A stretch of 64,000 bases of DNA, taken from Candidatus Latescibacterota bacterium (GTDB taxonomy: Bacteria; Latescibacterota; UBA2968; SICM01). Shown here piece by piece: positions 1 through 10,636 of the stretch (the first letter of the stretch is position 1; every line of letters begins with the position of its first letter). Location: assembly GCA_965217865.1 (NCBI GenBank), contig CBDCJO010000002.1:2336001-2400000 (forward strand), written 5' to 3'. The notes below the pieces were generated by a model. That model made no database searches, was not told the DNA's origin, and saw nothing but the letters and a program-made list of their open reading frames with translations. Made by a program: the position numbers and the translations under genes.

Positions 1-106
1 GTCGGTCCTCCGCGTCACAATACACATGGTTGTTGCCCAAACTTTCGTACTGCGGGCTGCGCAGGATGTCCACATCCCATTTCCACGGCTTTGACGGATC
101 CAGCAT
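1..106 (-). CDS. Asp-box/sialidase-like paralog, copy 1 (5' end only; runs off the window)
   Basis: The minus strand from ATG at 106 reads MLDPSKPWKWDVDILRSPQYESLGNNHVYCDAEDR, the same N-terminus as the other five copies. Confidence 0.85.
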   Translation of the reverse strand, partial: MLDPSKPWKWDVDILRSPQYESLGNNHVYCDAEDR

Positions 107-189
107 AAGGATGCCCCCAGCGGTCAGTTATTCAGCACTAATTCGGTTACATTTCCTTCCATACCCCATACTCTCCCACACGCTTTTCT

Positions 190-385
190 TTCCCCGACCC
201 TGACTTCCGACTTCCGGCCTCTGACACCTGACATTGCATTTGGTTTTCTTCTGACTTCTGTATTCTGTATTCTGGGGAGGATGGGTGGAAGGGTCTTACT
301 TGCTGCTGCTTTTCCCGTTTCACCTCTCACGATTGACGTTTGACGGCTCTTTCGACCCCCGACCTCTGACCCCTGGCCCCCTTTT
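190..385. repeat. Spacer made of degenerate heptamer tandem repeats
   Basis: Runs include gacttcc-gacttcc-ggcctct-gacacct, ttctgac-ttctgta-ttctgta-ttctg, tgacgtt-tgacg and cgacccc-cgacctc-tgacccc-tggcccc. Confidence 0.75.
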
Positions 386-386
386 T

Positions 387-1600
387 TCAATCCGACTTCG
401 GATAGTTATACTTCTCCCCCGGGGCCGGCACCTCCAGCTTCGGACCGTAAGGTCTCCTGTAGCTCTTCGTCCACCGGCTCCCCCCCGAAAACACCCATGC
501 CCTCCCTTCATCGTCGTAATTCTTCGCCTGAAACGCAGTGAAAAGGGTCCCATCGGCCAGCTCCAGAGTATTGGCCTCGCACAGACCGTCCGATTCGGGT
601 ACGCAATCACGGATGACCACCTCGTCGCTCCAGGTTTTGCCCATGTCCGACGTGAACCTTGCCCGCACACCGTGAGGCTGGGCAAACCGCCTTTGATAAG
701 AGCAGATAATCGTCCCATCTCTCAAAACCGTCGGTCGGGGATGCTTGGCCCGAATCGGGGACTGAACGGGCTCAGACCAGGTTTTCCCGCCGTCTGAAGA
801 CGATACCGAATACGCAGGCTCGCCCAGCCACGTGCGCAGCATGACAAATATAGTGCCGTCCCCGTTGATAATCGGAAAGGTTTCGGTAAACCCGGCCTCG
901 GAACACGAATGTCGTCCGTCCGCCATCTGGACCAGGTCCCAGTTGGCCCCATTGTCAGCACTCCGCAAGATATAGGTGCTGGCTCGGCCGCTATGATAGC
1001 TTGAGCGCAACCCCTCCTGCTTTTCGGGATGCCTGTCGTCCTTATCATACCCGTACGCGATGAATATCAACGTTCCGTCGTCCAGCAATTCCAAGGGGCC
1101 CCGGGCAACGAAGTACGCAAAGAAAGGAAGCTGGTCGCGAATCGACCGATCTTCCCACGTCAGACCACCATCCCTTGAGATCTTCACGATTAGATCATTG
1201 GTATGGGATGGCACAGTAGTCATGCTCTTCTCCAAGGTCCCAGACGTAATAGCCCTCGCCCTCGAGTCGCTCGATCTCATTGCGAGGGTAACGCTCATAA
1301 CCGGGGCCCCACATTTCGAGGTGCGTCCCGTCTGAAAGAACCACTCCGCCATAAGAAGACCCAGGCCACGGGCGGTCTGTGATCTGCCAGGTCAGCCCCC
1401 CCGTCCTCCGACATCAGGATGATCGAGGTTTCCACCCCCCACCAGGCATCAGTGGTCTGGCTTGCATCGAAAGAGATCGTCACAGGAAGCCATAACCTGT
1501 CCTCCTCATCGCAATACAGCAGGCCCTGAATTATGTTCTCGTACTGCGGGCTGCGCAGGATGTCCACATCGATTTTCCACGACTTTGACGGATCCAGCAT
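387..1600 (-). pseudogene. Asp-box/sialidase-like paralog, copy 2 (two frameshifts)
   Basis: ORFs 1295..1600 and 387..1352 join into one gene. There is a +1 in a C7 run near 1398 (C6 in copies 3 and 5) and a second shift near 1203. Asp-boxes: SRDGGLTW, SADNGANW, SSDGGKTW, TSDMGKTW. Confidence 0.85.
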
Positions 1601-1639
1601 AAAAATCCCCTAGAGTTTGGAGTTTTCATTGCATTTGTA

Positions 1640-1839
1640 TTTTCGTCCCCTGACCTCCGACCCCCCTGACTTCATTGGATATTCGAAAACCTCAGGACTT
1701 TCTTGTGGCTATATAGATCTCTTCGATATTGAATCTTCAATTCCGACTGTCCCCTGCCTTTGCATTCCTTGCCACTGCAACGTGCTACTGCTACTGTGCT
1801 TTTCCCTGACCCCTGGCCCCTGACTTCCGATCCCCGTCT
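1640..1839. repeat. Spacer with hexamer/heptamer low-complexity repeats
   Basis: tgacctc-cgacccc-cctgacttc; gctact-gctact; tgacccc-tggcccc-tgacttc-cgatccc. Confidence 0.65.
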
Positions 1840-2499
1840 TCAACCCGACTTCGGATAGTTATACTTCTCGCCCCTCGGCGGAACAGCCAGCTTCGGACCG
1901 TACGGCCCCCGATAACTCCGAGTCCACCGACTGCCCCTGTCGTCCTTACCATACCCGTATGCAATGAAGATCAACGTCCCGTCATCCAACAAACTCAATG
2001 GCCCCCGGGAAACGAAGTGAGCGAAGAAAGGAAGCTGGTCGCGGATCGACCGCTCCTCCCAGGTCTGCCCTCCATCCCTGGAGACCTTCACCAATACCTC
2101 ATTGATATATGCGCAGTAGTCATGTTCTTCCCCAAGGTCCCAGACCATATAACCCTCGGCCTCGAGCCGCTCGATCTCGGTCCGGGGCATTCGGATCCAG
2201 CCCGTACCGCCCATCTCGACTATTGTGCCATCCGACAGAACCACATGGTTATGGGAGGGCGCAGGCCACGGGCGATCCGTGATTTCCCAGGTCAGCCCCC
2301 CATCCTCCGACAGCAGGACGATCGAGGTCTGCACCGCAGTCCATGCATCAGTGTCCCGACTGGCATCGAAAGAAATATCCACAGGAAGCCAAAGCCCGTC
2401 CTCCTCATCGCAATGTAGCAGACCCTGGCTGACGCTCTCGTACTGCGGACTGCGCAGGATGTCCACATCGATTTTCCACGGTTTTGACGGATCCAGCAT
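1840..2499 (-). pseudogene. Asp-box/sialidase-like paralog, copy 3 (large in-frame internal deletion)
   Basis: 219 aa versus 407 aa for copy 5. YGYGKDDR is fused directly to the C-terminal GSRWTRSY (junction ~1936), so about 190 aa are missing. Confidence 0.8.
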
Positions 2500-2564
2500 A
2501 AAAACCTCCCATGGCCAGTCTGCTCAGCTCCGATTCTGTTTACCACTCTTGGTATTCCCCGACA

Positions 2565-2650
2565 TCTGACCCTGCCTTTGCTTTTCCTGCTACTGCCACT
2601 GCTACTGCCTCTTGCCGTCTCACGTTTGACGTTTGACGTTTTCTCAATCT
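2565..2650. repeat. Hexamer plus heptamer repeat tract
   Basis: ctgcta-ctgcca-ctgcta-ctgcct, then cacgttt-gacgttt-gacgttt. Confidence 0.7.
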
Positions 2651-2872
2651 TCATCGGCGAACCAAGATCACCTTCACCAAATCTCAAGTCAAGTACAATC
2701 GGAACTCAACGATCCTTCAGCGCTTTGGAATTGTTTTTTGCCCGCATTTGTGTACATTGAGGCCGGTGATTTCGTTTCCTCTGAGCGACTCGTGTCGCTG
2801 GGGAGGGAAGAAAATCCGGAATCGCATCACCTGCGTCGAGGAACCGCCGGATAGATTGGGAGGACAGGACGA

Positions 2873-3721
2873 ATGGATAGACTCACCGCAGCGATGGCTC
2901 AGATCGTATGCGTGCCCTCGGATGTTGAGGCCAACATCCGAAAGATCGAGACCACCTGTGACGATGCGGCAAAGAAGGATGTGAAATTGGTCGTCTTTCC
3001 GGAGGTGGCCCTGACCGGATCCCTGCAGCAGCTCCCTGGCGGACACAGACCCCACGATTTCGCCACGAAAGTGCCCGGTCGGGAGACTGAGCGACTGCAA
3101 GAGACCTGTCGGAAACTCGACCTCGCCATCGTCGTTGGCACGGTCGAAGCGGATCAGGAACAGAAGCTTTACAAAACGGCTTTTATTGTCACGCCGGACG
3201 GATACCTGGGTAAATTCCGCAAGGTACAACCCTCACAGGGCGAAAGGGACATCGTGGCACCCGGCTCGGAACTTCCCCTCTTCAGAATCTTCGGCTGGAC
3301 CTTCGGGATCGGGATCTGCTGGGACCTCTATTTTCCCGAGCTCGCTCAATTTTACGCCCTCAAGGGCGCGGATGTCTACCTTGTGCCCACGGGTGACAGC
3401 GCATTTCCGGTCGGCGATGATGATAAAGCGTACACCGCCTGTGTGGCCAACCAGACCAACCTCACGGGGTTCAAGCGAATCGGTCCCGCGCGAGCGTCCG
3501 ACAACGGGCTCTATGTGCTCATCCCCGTCGACTCGAACTCCGGAGGCGGGAGCATCGCCTTCGATCCGACGGGCGAGCAGATCGCGTACGGACGGACGGG
3601 GGAGGCATTGATACCTGTCGAGCTCAGGCGTGACTTGGTTGACGGAGCGAAACCAGGTTTCATCCCCTATCTTCGGCCGGAGATTTTTCGCCAAATGGCG
3701 GATGCTTGTGAGCAGGCGTGA
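2873..3721 (+). CDS. Carbon-nitrogen hydrolase (nitrilase/amidase superfamily)
   Basis: Glu-Lys-Cys triad motifs VFPE, FRK and GICWD. Confidence 0.9.
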   Translation: MDRLTAAMAQIVCVPSDVEANIRKIETTCDDAAKKDVKLVVFPEVALTGSLQQLPGGHRPHDFATKVPGRETERLQETCRKLDLAIVVGTVEADQEQKLYKTAFIVTPDGYLGKFRKVQPSQGERDIVAPGSELPLFRIFGWTFGIGICWDLYFPELAQFYALKGADVYLVPTGDSAFPVGDDDKAYTACVANQTNLTGFKRIGPARASDNGLYVLIPVDSNSGGGSIAFDPTGEQIAYGRTGEALIPVELRRDLVDGAKPGFIPYLRPEIFRQMADACEQA

Positions 3722-3734
3722 AAAAGTCCCGACT

Positions 3735-4646
3735 TCACGAACTGGAAAGCAAACCGACCTGTTCCATGGTCGAGCGTATGCGCTCGAGGTCCTCGTCCGT
3801 GACCGACAATTGCGGCGGTCGCAAATAGCGGGAAGCCACGCCGTTAAGCTCCAATGCCGCGCGCCACACCGTTTGCCAACCTTTTTCGAGACCCGGGGCA
3901 GCAGTCAGATCCTTCATCGGCTTCTCCACCGCGACCGTTACCCGGGCTGCCTCGGCTGTGTCGCCGCGGCGCAGGGCCTTCCAGTAACTCGCACCGACGT
4001 GAGGCGCGAACGAAGTGGACCAGTCCATGAAGGCCGTGCATCCGAACGGCCATTCAAGAAGGTGCCGCCACAACCAGCCGCCTGTCATGACCTTCAGACG
4101 AGGGCTGTATTTCTGTAGCGTTTGGACGGCATACGCCTCCGGGCCGTCCTCTTTGAGGCAGCAGATGCCCGGTTTGTCGTCCAGCATGTCGAGCACCTGG
4201 TGCGCCGGAAATCCAACGAGCATAACAGGTATGATCCTAGACAGCGCAGCATAGTGCGCCGCCAGTCCCGCAGGGTCTGCGCCAAGTATTTCCGTTGTGG
4301 ACATAAGCAGATCCGCGCCCCATTCGACGCACTGCCGGGCGAAGGCCTCCGCCTGCCTTGTGGACCATAAACCTGTGGCCGCGACGGTCAGTGCCCGTCC
4401 TGCTGTACGGTCTATCGTGAAGCGCGTCAGTTGCGCGATCTCTGCTTCGGTCAAAAAGAAAAGCTGGCTGTCGCCGGCCGTCAGCAGGATCACTCCGCTG
4501 CCCCCGCCGATGGCGACCTCGATGATGTTGCCAACCCCGCCCCAATCGATATCGCCATTCTCCTTGAACGGTGTCGGAATCGACGACACCGGTCCTTCCA
4601 GCAGCCTTCGAATGTCATCTGGAGATTTGCGTTCTCGTCCGTTCAT
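3735..4646 (-). CDS. DHDPS/N-acetylneuraminate lyase-family class I aldolase (atypical)
   Basis: PTPFKENGDID N-terminus, LTAGDS, Schiff-base Lys in LKED, C-terminal LRPP. Confidence 0.85.
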   Translation of the reverse strand: MNGRERKSPDDIRRLLEGPVSSIPTPFKENGDIDWGGVGNIIEVAIGGGSGVILLTAGDSQLFFLTEAEIAQLTRFTIDRTAGRALTVAATGLWSTRQAEAFARQCVEWGADLLMSTTEILGADPAGLAAHYAALSRIIPVMLVGFPAHQVLDMLDDKPGICCLKEDGPEAYAVQTLQKYSPRLKVMTGGWLWRHLLEWPFGCTAFMDWSTSFAPHVGASYWKALRRGDTAEAARVTVAVEKPMKDLTAAPGLEKGWQTVWRAALELNGVASRYLRPPQLSVTDEDLERIRSTMEQVGLLSSS

Positions 4647-4670
4647 CTCCTGCAGCTCCTTCGGAGGTGG

Positions 4671-5615
4671 TCATGATGAGGCCCGACGTGCGCCCATTTC
4701 GACGAAAAAATCCGTGAACTTCTCCAACTCTGCGATCACATCCCGAGCTTGCTCTTCGGTCGCAGAGACCAGCGGAGGCCGCAGCTTCCGGCTTTCGGAA
4801 AACCCCATATACTGCATGTAGACCTGATTTCTCGCCAGGTTGTTCAGTTTCCCCAGGCTGACCTGCAGGCCATATTCACGCCGGTCGATAAAATCAATCA
4901 CTTCTTCCATGCGCTCCTCGTCAAGCAACTTGAGGAGGCTGAGCGCCGAACCTGGACTGAACTGGCCGAAAAGCTCGCCCTGCTGTGGGTGGTGATGAAA
5001 GAACACGTAGTTGCGCACCACCCCACCCCCGATGATGCAAAACCGATCGCCGAACCTCCGGATAAGATCCATTCGGCCTGGAATGCTGTTGAAATCCTCT
5101 TTCAGCCCGACGATATTCTCCTGCTCGGCCAGTGATTCGTAGTCCGTCATGCCCATGTTTGAAGTGCCGGGTTCTATCGAGGAAATGTTGTTCACGAGGA
5201 GGAGCGGGAACTCAGTCTGGCTCGCGACCGAACGCAGGAGGGCACGGTATTGGGCAGCGGGCCAACCGTCCGGCTCTGGCATCACGAAAACCGAATGGGC
5301 CGCCAGTTTCTGGATCTGCCGCACCACGTTCACAGTTGCCGAAGCGGAATCCAGATGGGTGCACCCTATGAATACCGCGCGGTCCCCGATCACATTGGCG
5401 ATGGTGCGTGTAACATCGATCAGTTCGGCTTCCGAGACGAACCCGATCTGGCTATATCCGTGAGTCAGGCAGGTATTGGTCATCCCCGCATCCAGTATCC
5501 ATGCCACGTACCGCTCGATGCCCGCGTGGTCAATCGAAAGGTCTTCCCGATAGAGCATCGGAAGGGGCACAGTCGGCCCCTTGATCTTCTTCCGGAAATC
5601 TTCATATATACTCAC
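4671..5615 (-). CDS. DHDPS-family aldolase (atypical)
   Basis: GTG start, DLSIDH, NIVGLKED, LRPPL; paralog of 12379..13305. Confidence 0.85.
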   Translation of the reverse strand: MSIYEDFRKKIKGPTVPLPMLYREDLSIDHAGIERYVAWILDAGMTNTCLTHGYSQIGFVSEAELIDVTRTIANVIGDRAVFIGCTHLDSASATVNVVRQIQKLAAHSVFVMPEPDGWPAAQYRALLRSVASQTEFPLLLVNNISSIEPGTSNMGMTDYESLAEQENIVGLKEDFNSIPGRMDLIRRFGDRFCIIGGGVVRNYVFFHHHPQQGELFGQFSPGSALSLLKLLDEERMEEVIDFIDRREYGLQVSLGKLNNLARNQVYMQYMGFSESRKLRPPLVSATEEQARDVIAELEKFTDFFVEMGARRASS

Positions 5616-5804
5616 TTCTTAAATCCTCCCACAAGCCAATCCCTGGCGCATCAGTTCGGTCTAATCCACACTTCGTTTTTACTGTTCTTAGTTCCAGCAA
5701 GGACACGTCGAATTTCCAGTCCAACATCCATCTTTTTATGTTCCTTTCTCCAGGCCTGACTCAGCCTCGACACGACAACCCGTGTCACGCCTCCAATCAT
5801 AGGA

Positions 5805-5833
5805 AGTATATAGGGCTTTTTCTACAAGGTCAA
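5805..5833 (-). promoter_or_regulatory. Putative sigma70 promoter for the two DHDPS-like genes
   Basis: Minus strand TTGACC-N17-TATACT. Confidence 0.55.
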
Positions 5834-5973
5834 TTATTAATCGACAGGCGCTGGATGTTCGCTGCCGGCCTCTTCAGTCACTCCGACACACCCACCGGCT
5901 CGCCGATTCTTAACACGTGGCGCGACACCGAATCGCTCAACGCTACTCTGCACGCGTGGTAGTTCACCGTCAT

Positions 5974-6026
5974 CAGACTGACCAGCAGATCCCTGACCAC
6001 AGACTGACCAGCAGATCCCTGACCAC
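5974..6026. repeat. 26-bp perfect tandem duplication
   Basis: cagactgaccagcagatccctgacca x2 (5974-5999 and 6000-6025). Confidence 0.9.
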
Positions 6027-6251
6027 GCGTTGGCCGACATGTGCTGTTCCGCCCGCTCCGAAACCGCTCCAGCCACCCTCGATTTCGCCCAACCCCAACC
6101 CGCATAGGAACCCTTTGCCTGACCCCAAAACGAAGTTGCTACGGGCTTTGAATTTCCTATATTTCAACTTTTCTATATTTCCCAGCTCAGCAGTATCTTA
6201 GGCATTGAAATCCTGGTGGTGTTGGGGTAATCTGAAGCAATCAACACGGCC

Positions 6252-8093
6252 CTAGCCCTAAAATAAGCGAATAGGCTTGTTGAGCGGTGTGTTATACAAG
6301 ATTTCGGAGCATTTCAGACTTGTGACTTGGTGGAGATGATGTCTGGGCTGTTTTTGTGATTGTTTCGGCATGCGATTGTCTAATTAACTGAGTTTGCGGA
6401 CGTGTTTTAGCCGGGGTGGACGGACTTGTCCCTGTGATGTTACGACGACAGGTGCTGACATGGCAGTCAGGCCGGTTTGAGCCATCTGATTCTGTTCCAG
6501 GCCGGGAAGAAGTCAGTCATCCACCGGTTGTAGCCCAAGACACGATAGATGATCTGTCTTCCCCGGGTCACGATCTGGCAGGGGATCCAGATCAGATTCT
6601 GGAGGAAGGCGCGAAACTCCATTCTCAGAAGTTGATCGCGACGCTCACGCTTTCGGATCATCAACGCGAACCAGGCTTTGAGGTTCCACGCCAGGGCGGT
6701 CATGACCATGTAAGCCCAGTTGCTCATCAGGTTGTCGACGGGCATCCGCATGGCGTTGACCCCGTTCTTGAGTTGTTCAATCACGTTTTCCTGATCGCAC
6801 CGTCGATTGGCCAGCCTCACGATTTCCGCGGCCGTAAGATCTTTTCGGGTGGTAATGTAGAAGAAACAGCGCTTGTCATCGAACAGGGCGTTTTCGCCGC
6901 GTTCGACGCTCAGGTTCTTTTCGAGGATCACGAGTCGACAGGTCTTCCTGCATCGAGCAGGACGATACGAAACCCCGGCAACACGTTCACTGGCAAGTCG
7001 GATGTTTTTGAAGCCGCGCTCCCGGATGATCCGGGCTTTCACGTTCTCGCGTTTCTGTCTCTGGGAGGTCTTGACCTGGTATTTGGGTTGTCGTTCAAAG
7101 GGCTCCCAATCGCTCTGTGACAGGGATTTGGCGATCTTGACCAATCCCCGGTAAGCATCCATGCCGAAGACGAAGTCGACCTTTTCCGACCAACGATCGA
7201 AGTGCCGGGTGAGTGAGAAGCCGGTGTCTCCGCGCAGGCAGATGCGTTTGGCGAAAGGGGCGACCAGCGCGATGGCGCGATCGATCCACTTTACGGCACC
7301 GTCGTGGCTGGGCACATTGCCGGGTCGATTCACAAGAAACAACACCTCCCTGGTGTTCGCCAGAGAGACCACGAGAGGATGGTATCCCCAGATACCGTTG
7401 TATGACAGGGCCATGCCCTGCTTGCGTTCTCCGAGGGTGGTGGCCAGGGTGCCGTCGATGTCGATGAGGGCTTCTTTGAGTTCGCCCCTGGCGCGCTTTT
7501 TCCAGATCCGGGTGCGCACCCGGTTGATGCAATCCATCAACGTCTCGATATCCGATGGCCGGAAACGACGTGTAAAGTCGCCTGCTGTGGCCGGATCCGG
7601 GAGACGCTGAGCGCCCAAAGCGTTCAGGAACGTGGCATCCTGCCGGCGCAGCTCAATGTCTTCAAGGCGTTGACCACCAACCAGCGCATTGTAGGCGATG
7701 TTCAGAACGTGGTCTGATTCGTGACAGGGCAAATGCACTTTCAAAAGATGAAGATGACGGTCAATCTCTTTCACCAGCCCAACCCTGCGGACCATGTGGT
7801 GAAACGCGCCGATCCCCCCACACGTGATCGCCTCGGCCTTCCCACTCATCTCGTAGTGGATGTTTCCCCCAGACATCATAGGCTTGACCTGACTGCACCA
7901 CTGCTTCCGACGCAAACGACGGACAATTCGTGCTTCCCTGTTCCGAAGAATCTTCCTGTATTCTCTCATCTGAAATGCCCCTTTTTGATGGCCTCTTTTT
8001 GTCTTTCATACTACAACTATAGGCCTGAAAACTGGGGCATTTCAACTTTTTTCTACTAAAACCAAGAAAAATTCACGCTTGTATAGGGCCTAG
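6252..8093 (-). mobile_element. IS1380-family insertion sequence
   Basis: Transposase with imperfect terminal inverted repeats (ccctaaaataagcg at 6256; cgcttgtataggg ending 8088), each flanked by CTAG. Confidence 0.8.
6467..7969 (-). CDS. IS1380-family DDE transposase
   Basis: 500 aa; HESDHVLN, PDP.TAGDF, DIDGT, LRGDT and QENVIEQLK motifs. Confidence 0.92.
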   Translation of the reverse strand: MREYRKILRNREARIVRRLRRKQWCSQVKPMMSGGNIHYEMSGKAEAITCGGIGAFHHMVRRVGLVKEIDRHLHLLKVHLPCHESDHVLNIAYNALVGGQRLEDIELRRQDATFLNALGAQRLPDPATAGDFTRRFRPSDIETLMDCINRVRTRIWKKRARGELKEALIDIDGTLATTLGERKQGMALSYNGIWGYHPLVVSLANTREVLFLVNRPGNVPSHDGAVKWIDRAIALVAPFAKRICLRGDTGFSLTRHFDRWSEKVDFVFGMDAYRGLVKIAKSLSQSDWEPFERQPKYQVKTSQRQKRENVKARIIRERGFKNIRLASERVAGVSYRPARCRKTCRLVILEKNLSVERGENALFDDKRCFFYITTRKDLTAAEIVRLANRRCDQENVIEQLKNGVNAMRMPVDNLMSNWAYMVMTALAWNLKAWFALMIRKRERRDQLLRMEFRAFLQNLIWIPCQIVTRGRQIIYRVLGYNRWMTDFFPAWNRIRWLKPA

Positions 8094-8388
8094 TGGGTTG
8101 CAATGGGCTCAGTAGGGTAGAGATTTTGCGTCCCATGATTCGGTGAGACTCGACTATCTGAAATTCTGCAGCGCCATATCGGGGGTGAAGGCCGTGAGTG
8201 GAGGAGCCACTCGGGATGAATTCGAAGCCGCTCTGGAGGAAGCTCACGCCCACCGCGGTCTATCCGTCGTGCATGTCCCGGTTTATTGCGGTCCGGACGA
8301 ACTGGGAACCCTGGGTGCCTGGGGAGAATGGAATGTCGGCAATTGGTGTGAAGGGGTCCAGCAGGAACATCAGAAACTGGGTGTTTGA
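8094..8388 (+). pseudogene. C-terminal remnant of a probable thiamine-diphosphate-dependent enzyme
   Basis: DYLKFCSAISGVKAV...EFEAALEEAHAHRGLSVVHVPV resembles the C-terminus of TPP enzymes. It begins at the IS end and has an in-frame stop near 8112. Confidence 0.5.
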
Positions 8389-8461
8389 GGATGTTAATCC
8401 CGGATCGCAACGGGATGGAAAACACCAGCCGAGTGTCGCGTGTGCAACCTGAAGGAGCATT

Positions 8462-9403
8462 ATGTCTAACAAACGTCTGGTCTACTTCAACGGAGAGTTC
8501 ATCCCGGAAGTCGAAGCACGCATCTCCATCTTCGATTGCGCGTTGATGTACGGGGACATGGTTTTCGAGATGACGCGCTCGTTCCAGCAGAAGCCGTACC
8601 GGTTGTGCGAGCACCTGGAGCGACTCTACGGATCCATGAAGTACGCGGGAATCGACTGCGGGATGGCGATCGCCGAGATGGAGTCGGCGACCCTCGAGAC
8701 CATCGAGCGCAACCTGCCGGAGTTGGAGGGCTACGACTTCCAGATCATGCACGACGTGACGCGGGGAGCGTCGCCGCTGTACGACAGCCTGGTTAGAGAA
8801 GGTACGGCCCCGATCGTCTCGATCAACGTCATCCCTCTGGTGCGCCATATCGGCGGCATGGCCGGGAAGTACGAGAAGGGCGCACACTTCTTGATCACGC
8901 CGCAGCGGTCGGTGCCGGCGCGCTACATCGATCCCAAGGCCAAGAACAGGAGCCGCATCTACTACAAGATCGCCGAACTGCAGGCAGATCGCATGGAAGA
9001 AGGAGCCATGGCTCTGCTGACCGACGAGCACGGGTTCATCACAGAGGGAACGGGGAACAATTTCTTCATGGTCCGGGACAATAGGATCCTCACCCCGAAG
9101 CCGCACGACATCCTGCGCGGCGTGTCGCGCGGGGCCTGCATGGAACTGGCGGAGAAGCTGGGCATCCCGGTATGCGAGGCGGACATCGAGCCGTACGATG
9201 CGCGCCTCGCGGACGAGGCCTGGTTCACGAGCACGACAATCTGCATGGTGCCGATCACACGGTTCGACTTCCAGCCGGTAGGCGATGGCAGTCCGGGGCC
9301 GATCTACCGAAAGCTCCTGGCCGCATGGTCAAAGGATGTCGGCGTGGACATCGCGCGTCAGGCCCGCGAATACGGGGAACTGGCGAAGAAATGGACACCC
9401 TGA
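8462..9403 (+). CDS. Class IV PLP aminotransferase (branched-chain/D-amino-acid type)
   Basis: YGDMVFE, HLERL, PLP Lys in KAKNRS, EGTGNNFF, ILRGVSR, EAWFTST. Confidence 0.92.
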   Translation: MSNKRLVYFNGEFIPEVEARISIFDCALMYGDMVFEMTRSFQQKPYRLCEHLERLYGSMKYAGIDCGMAIAEMESATLETIERNLPELEGYDFQIMHDVTRGASPLYDSLVREGTAPIVSINVIPLVRHIGGMAGKYEKGAHFLITPQRSVPARYIDPKAKNRSRIYYKIAELQADRMEEGAMALLTDEHGFITEGTGNNFFMVRDNRILTPKPHDILRGVSRGACMELAEKLGIPVCEADIEPYDARLADEAWFTSTTICMVPITRFDFQPVGDGSPGPIYRKLLAAWSKDVGVDIARQAREYGELAKKWTP

Positions 9404-9500
9404 TGGAGCGCGGCATGCGCACGACCGGATCCGGCTTCCGAGGGGGACGAGTCCGGTATGGCGGCACGTGTTCATCCTGCTTCGTCGAGGAGGCTGTCTG

Positions 9501-10409
9501 GTGCAACTGAGAGCTATCGCCAACACCGACCTGAAGGTCTCTCCCCTCTGCCTGGGCACCATGACCTTCGGCACACCCGTCGGGGAAAAGGACGCCATCG
9601 ACATCGTGCACTGGGCCCTGGACCACGGCCTGAACTTAATCGACACGGCCAACGTGTACGAGGGCTATACGCGCTGCATCGGCTCGGCTGGAGGCGTGGC
9701 CGAGGGGATCCTCGGCAGGGCGCTGGCCGTGCTCGCGACCAAGGTGGGGATGAAGATCGGGCCCGGCGAGGATGACGAGGGTTTGAGTCCCCCACACATC
9801 CTGCGCGAGTGCGACCGTAGCCTCGAGCGTCTGGCCACCGACTGGATCGATCTCTACTACATGCATAAGCCCGACGACAAAACGCCGATCGCCGAGTCGA
9901 TCCAGGCTTTCGCGGAGCTCGTGCAGGCCGGCAAGGTCCGGCACTGGGGACTGTCCAATTTCGACGCCGGCCAGGTACGGCAGGTGCTGCAAACCTGCGA
10001 CGAGGGTGGCTGGCCTCGGCCGGTGGTACACCAGCCCCCCTACAGTCTGCTCAACCGGGCGATCGAGCAAGATCTGCTGCCCCTGTGCCGGGAGGAAGAG
10101 ATCGCCGTGGTGCCCTACCAGGTGCTGCAGGGAGGGCTGCTCACGGGCAAGTATGCGGACCCGGCTGCGCCGCCGGAATGCTCGCGTGGTGCCGAGAAGC
10201 CTGAGTGGATCCCCATGCTGGAGGACGGCGATGCGCTGGAGGAACTGGTCCGGCTGCGTGCACGGGCCGAAGAGAAAGGCTTGAACCTGTTCGAGTACAC
10301 GATTCGCAAGACCTCGAACACACCAGGCATCACGAGCATCATCCTGGGGGTGAAGCGATCGGAGCAGATGGAGCAGGCCATTCGCACGCTTTCTGACGAC
10401 CGTGAATAG
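9501..10409 (+). CDS. Aldo/keto reductase
   Basis: GTG after a GAGG RBS; LGTMTFG, DTANVY, ATKVG, IDLYYMH, GLSNF. Appears to lack ~6 aa between GRAL and AVLATK. Confidence 0.9.
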   Translation: MQLRAIANTDLKVSPLCLGTMTFGTPVGEKDAIDIVHWALDHGLNLIDTANVYEGYTRCIGSAGGVAEGILGRALAVLATKVGMKIGPGEDDEGLSPPHILRECDRSLERLATDWIDLYYMHKPDDKTPIAESIQAFAELVQAGKVRHWGLSNFDAGQVRQVLQTCDEGGWPRPVVHQPPYSLLNRAIEQDLLPLCREEEIAVVPYQVLQGGLLTGKYADPAAPPECSRGAEKPEWIPMLEDGDALEELVRLRARAEEKGLNLFEYTIRKTSNTPGITSIILGVKRSEQMEQAIRTLSDDRE

Positions 10410-10415
10410 AGTGCC

Positions 10416-10636
10416 ATCGTAACCCCAAGCCGTTCATCAAATCGATCCACGCCTGGCACCCCACGCTCGTACCCCTCGGCGATGGGGAAATCCTGGCCGG
10501 CTTCGACCTGGCCGAGGCCATCTCCGCCAGCAACTACCGATCGTATGTTTCCCGCTCCACCGACGACGGCGAGATTTGGAGCGATCCGGTCAGACTCGCG
10601 CCCGGCCACATGTCACGGACTTCATCCGCCTCAGCC
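10416..10636 (+). pseudogene. Degenerate duplicate of the 5' part of the downstream sialidase-like gene
   Basis: Near-identical to 10953..11177, with scattered substitutions and a 4-bp deletion; no start codon. Confidence 0.85.

Noticed and set aside
124-390. Small basic ORFs in spacers (also 19565..19771 and the N-terminal extension 20974..21087)
   Set aside because: They are translations of heptamer repeat DNA; the true starts are defined by the shared MLDP N-terminus and RBS.
1390-1405. Phase-variable ON/OFF switch at the C7 tract
   Set aside because: The tract is short and the gene has a second, non-homopolymer frameshift, so slippage alone would not restore it.
3735-5615. dapA/nanA gene symbols
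   Set aside because: The canonical GTTGE and YN motifs are absent and there is no lysine or sialic-acid pathway context.
5974-6026. CRISPR array
   Set aside because: Only two adjacent repeats with no spacer, and no cas genes.
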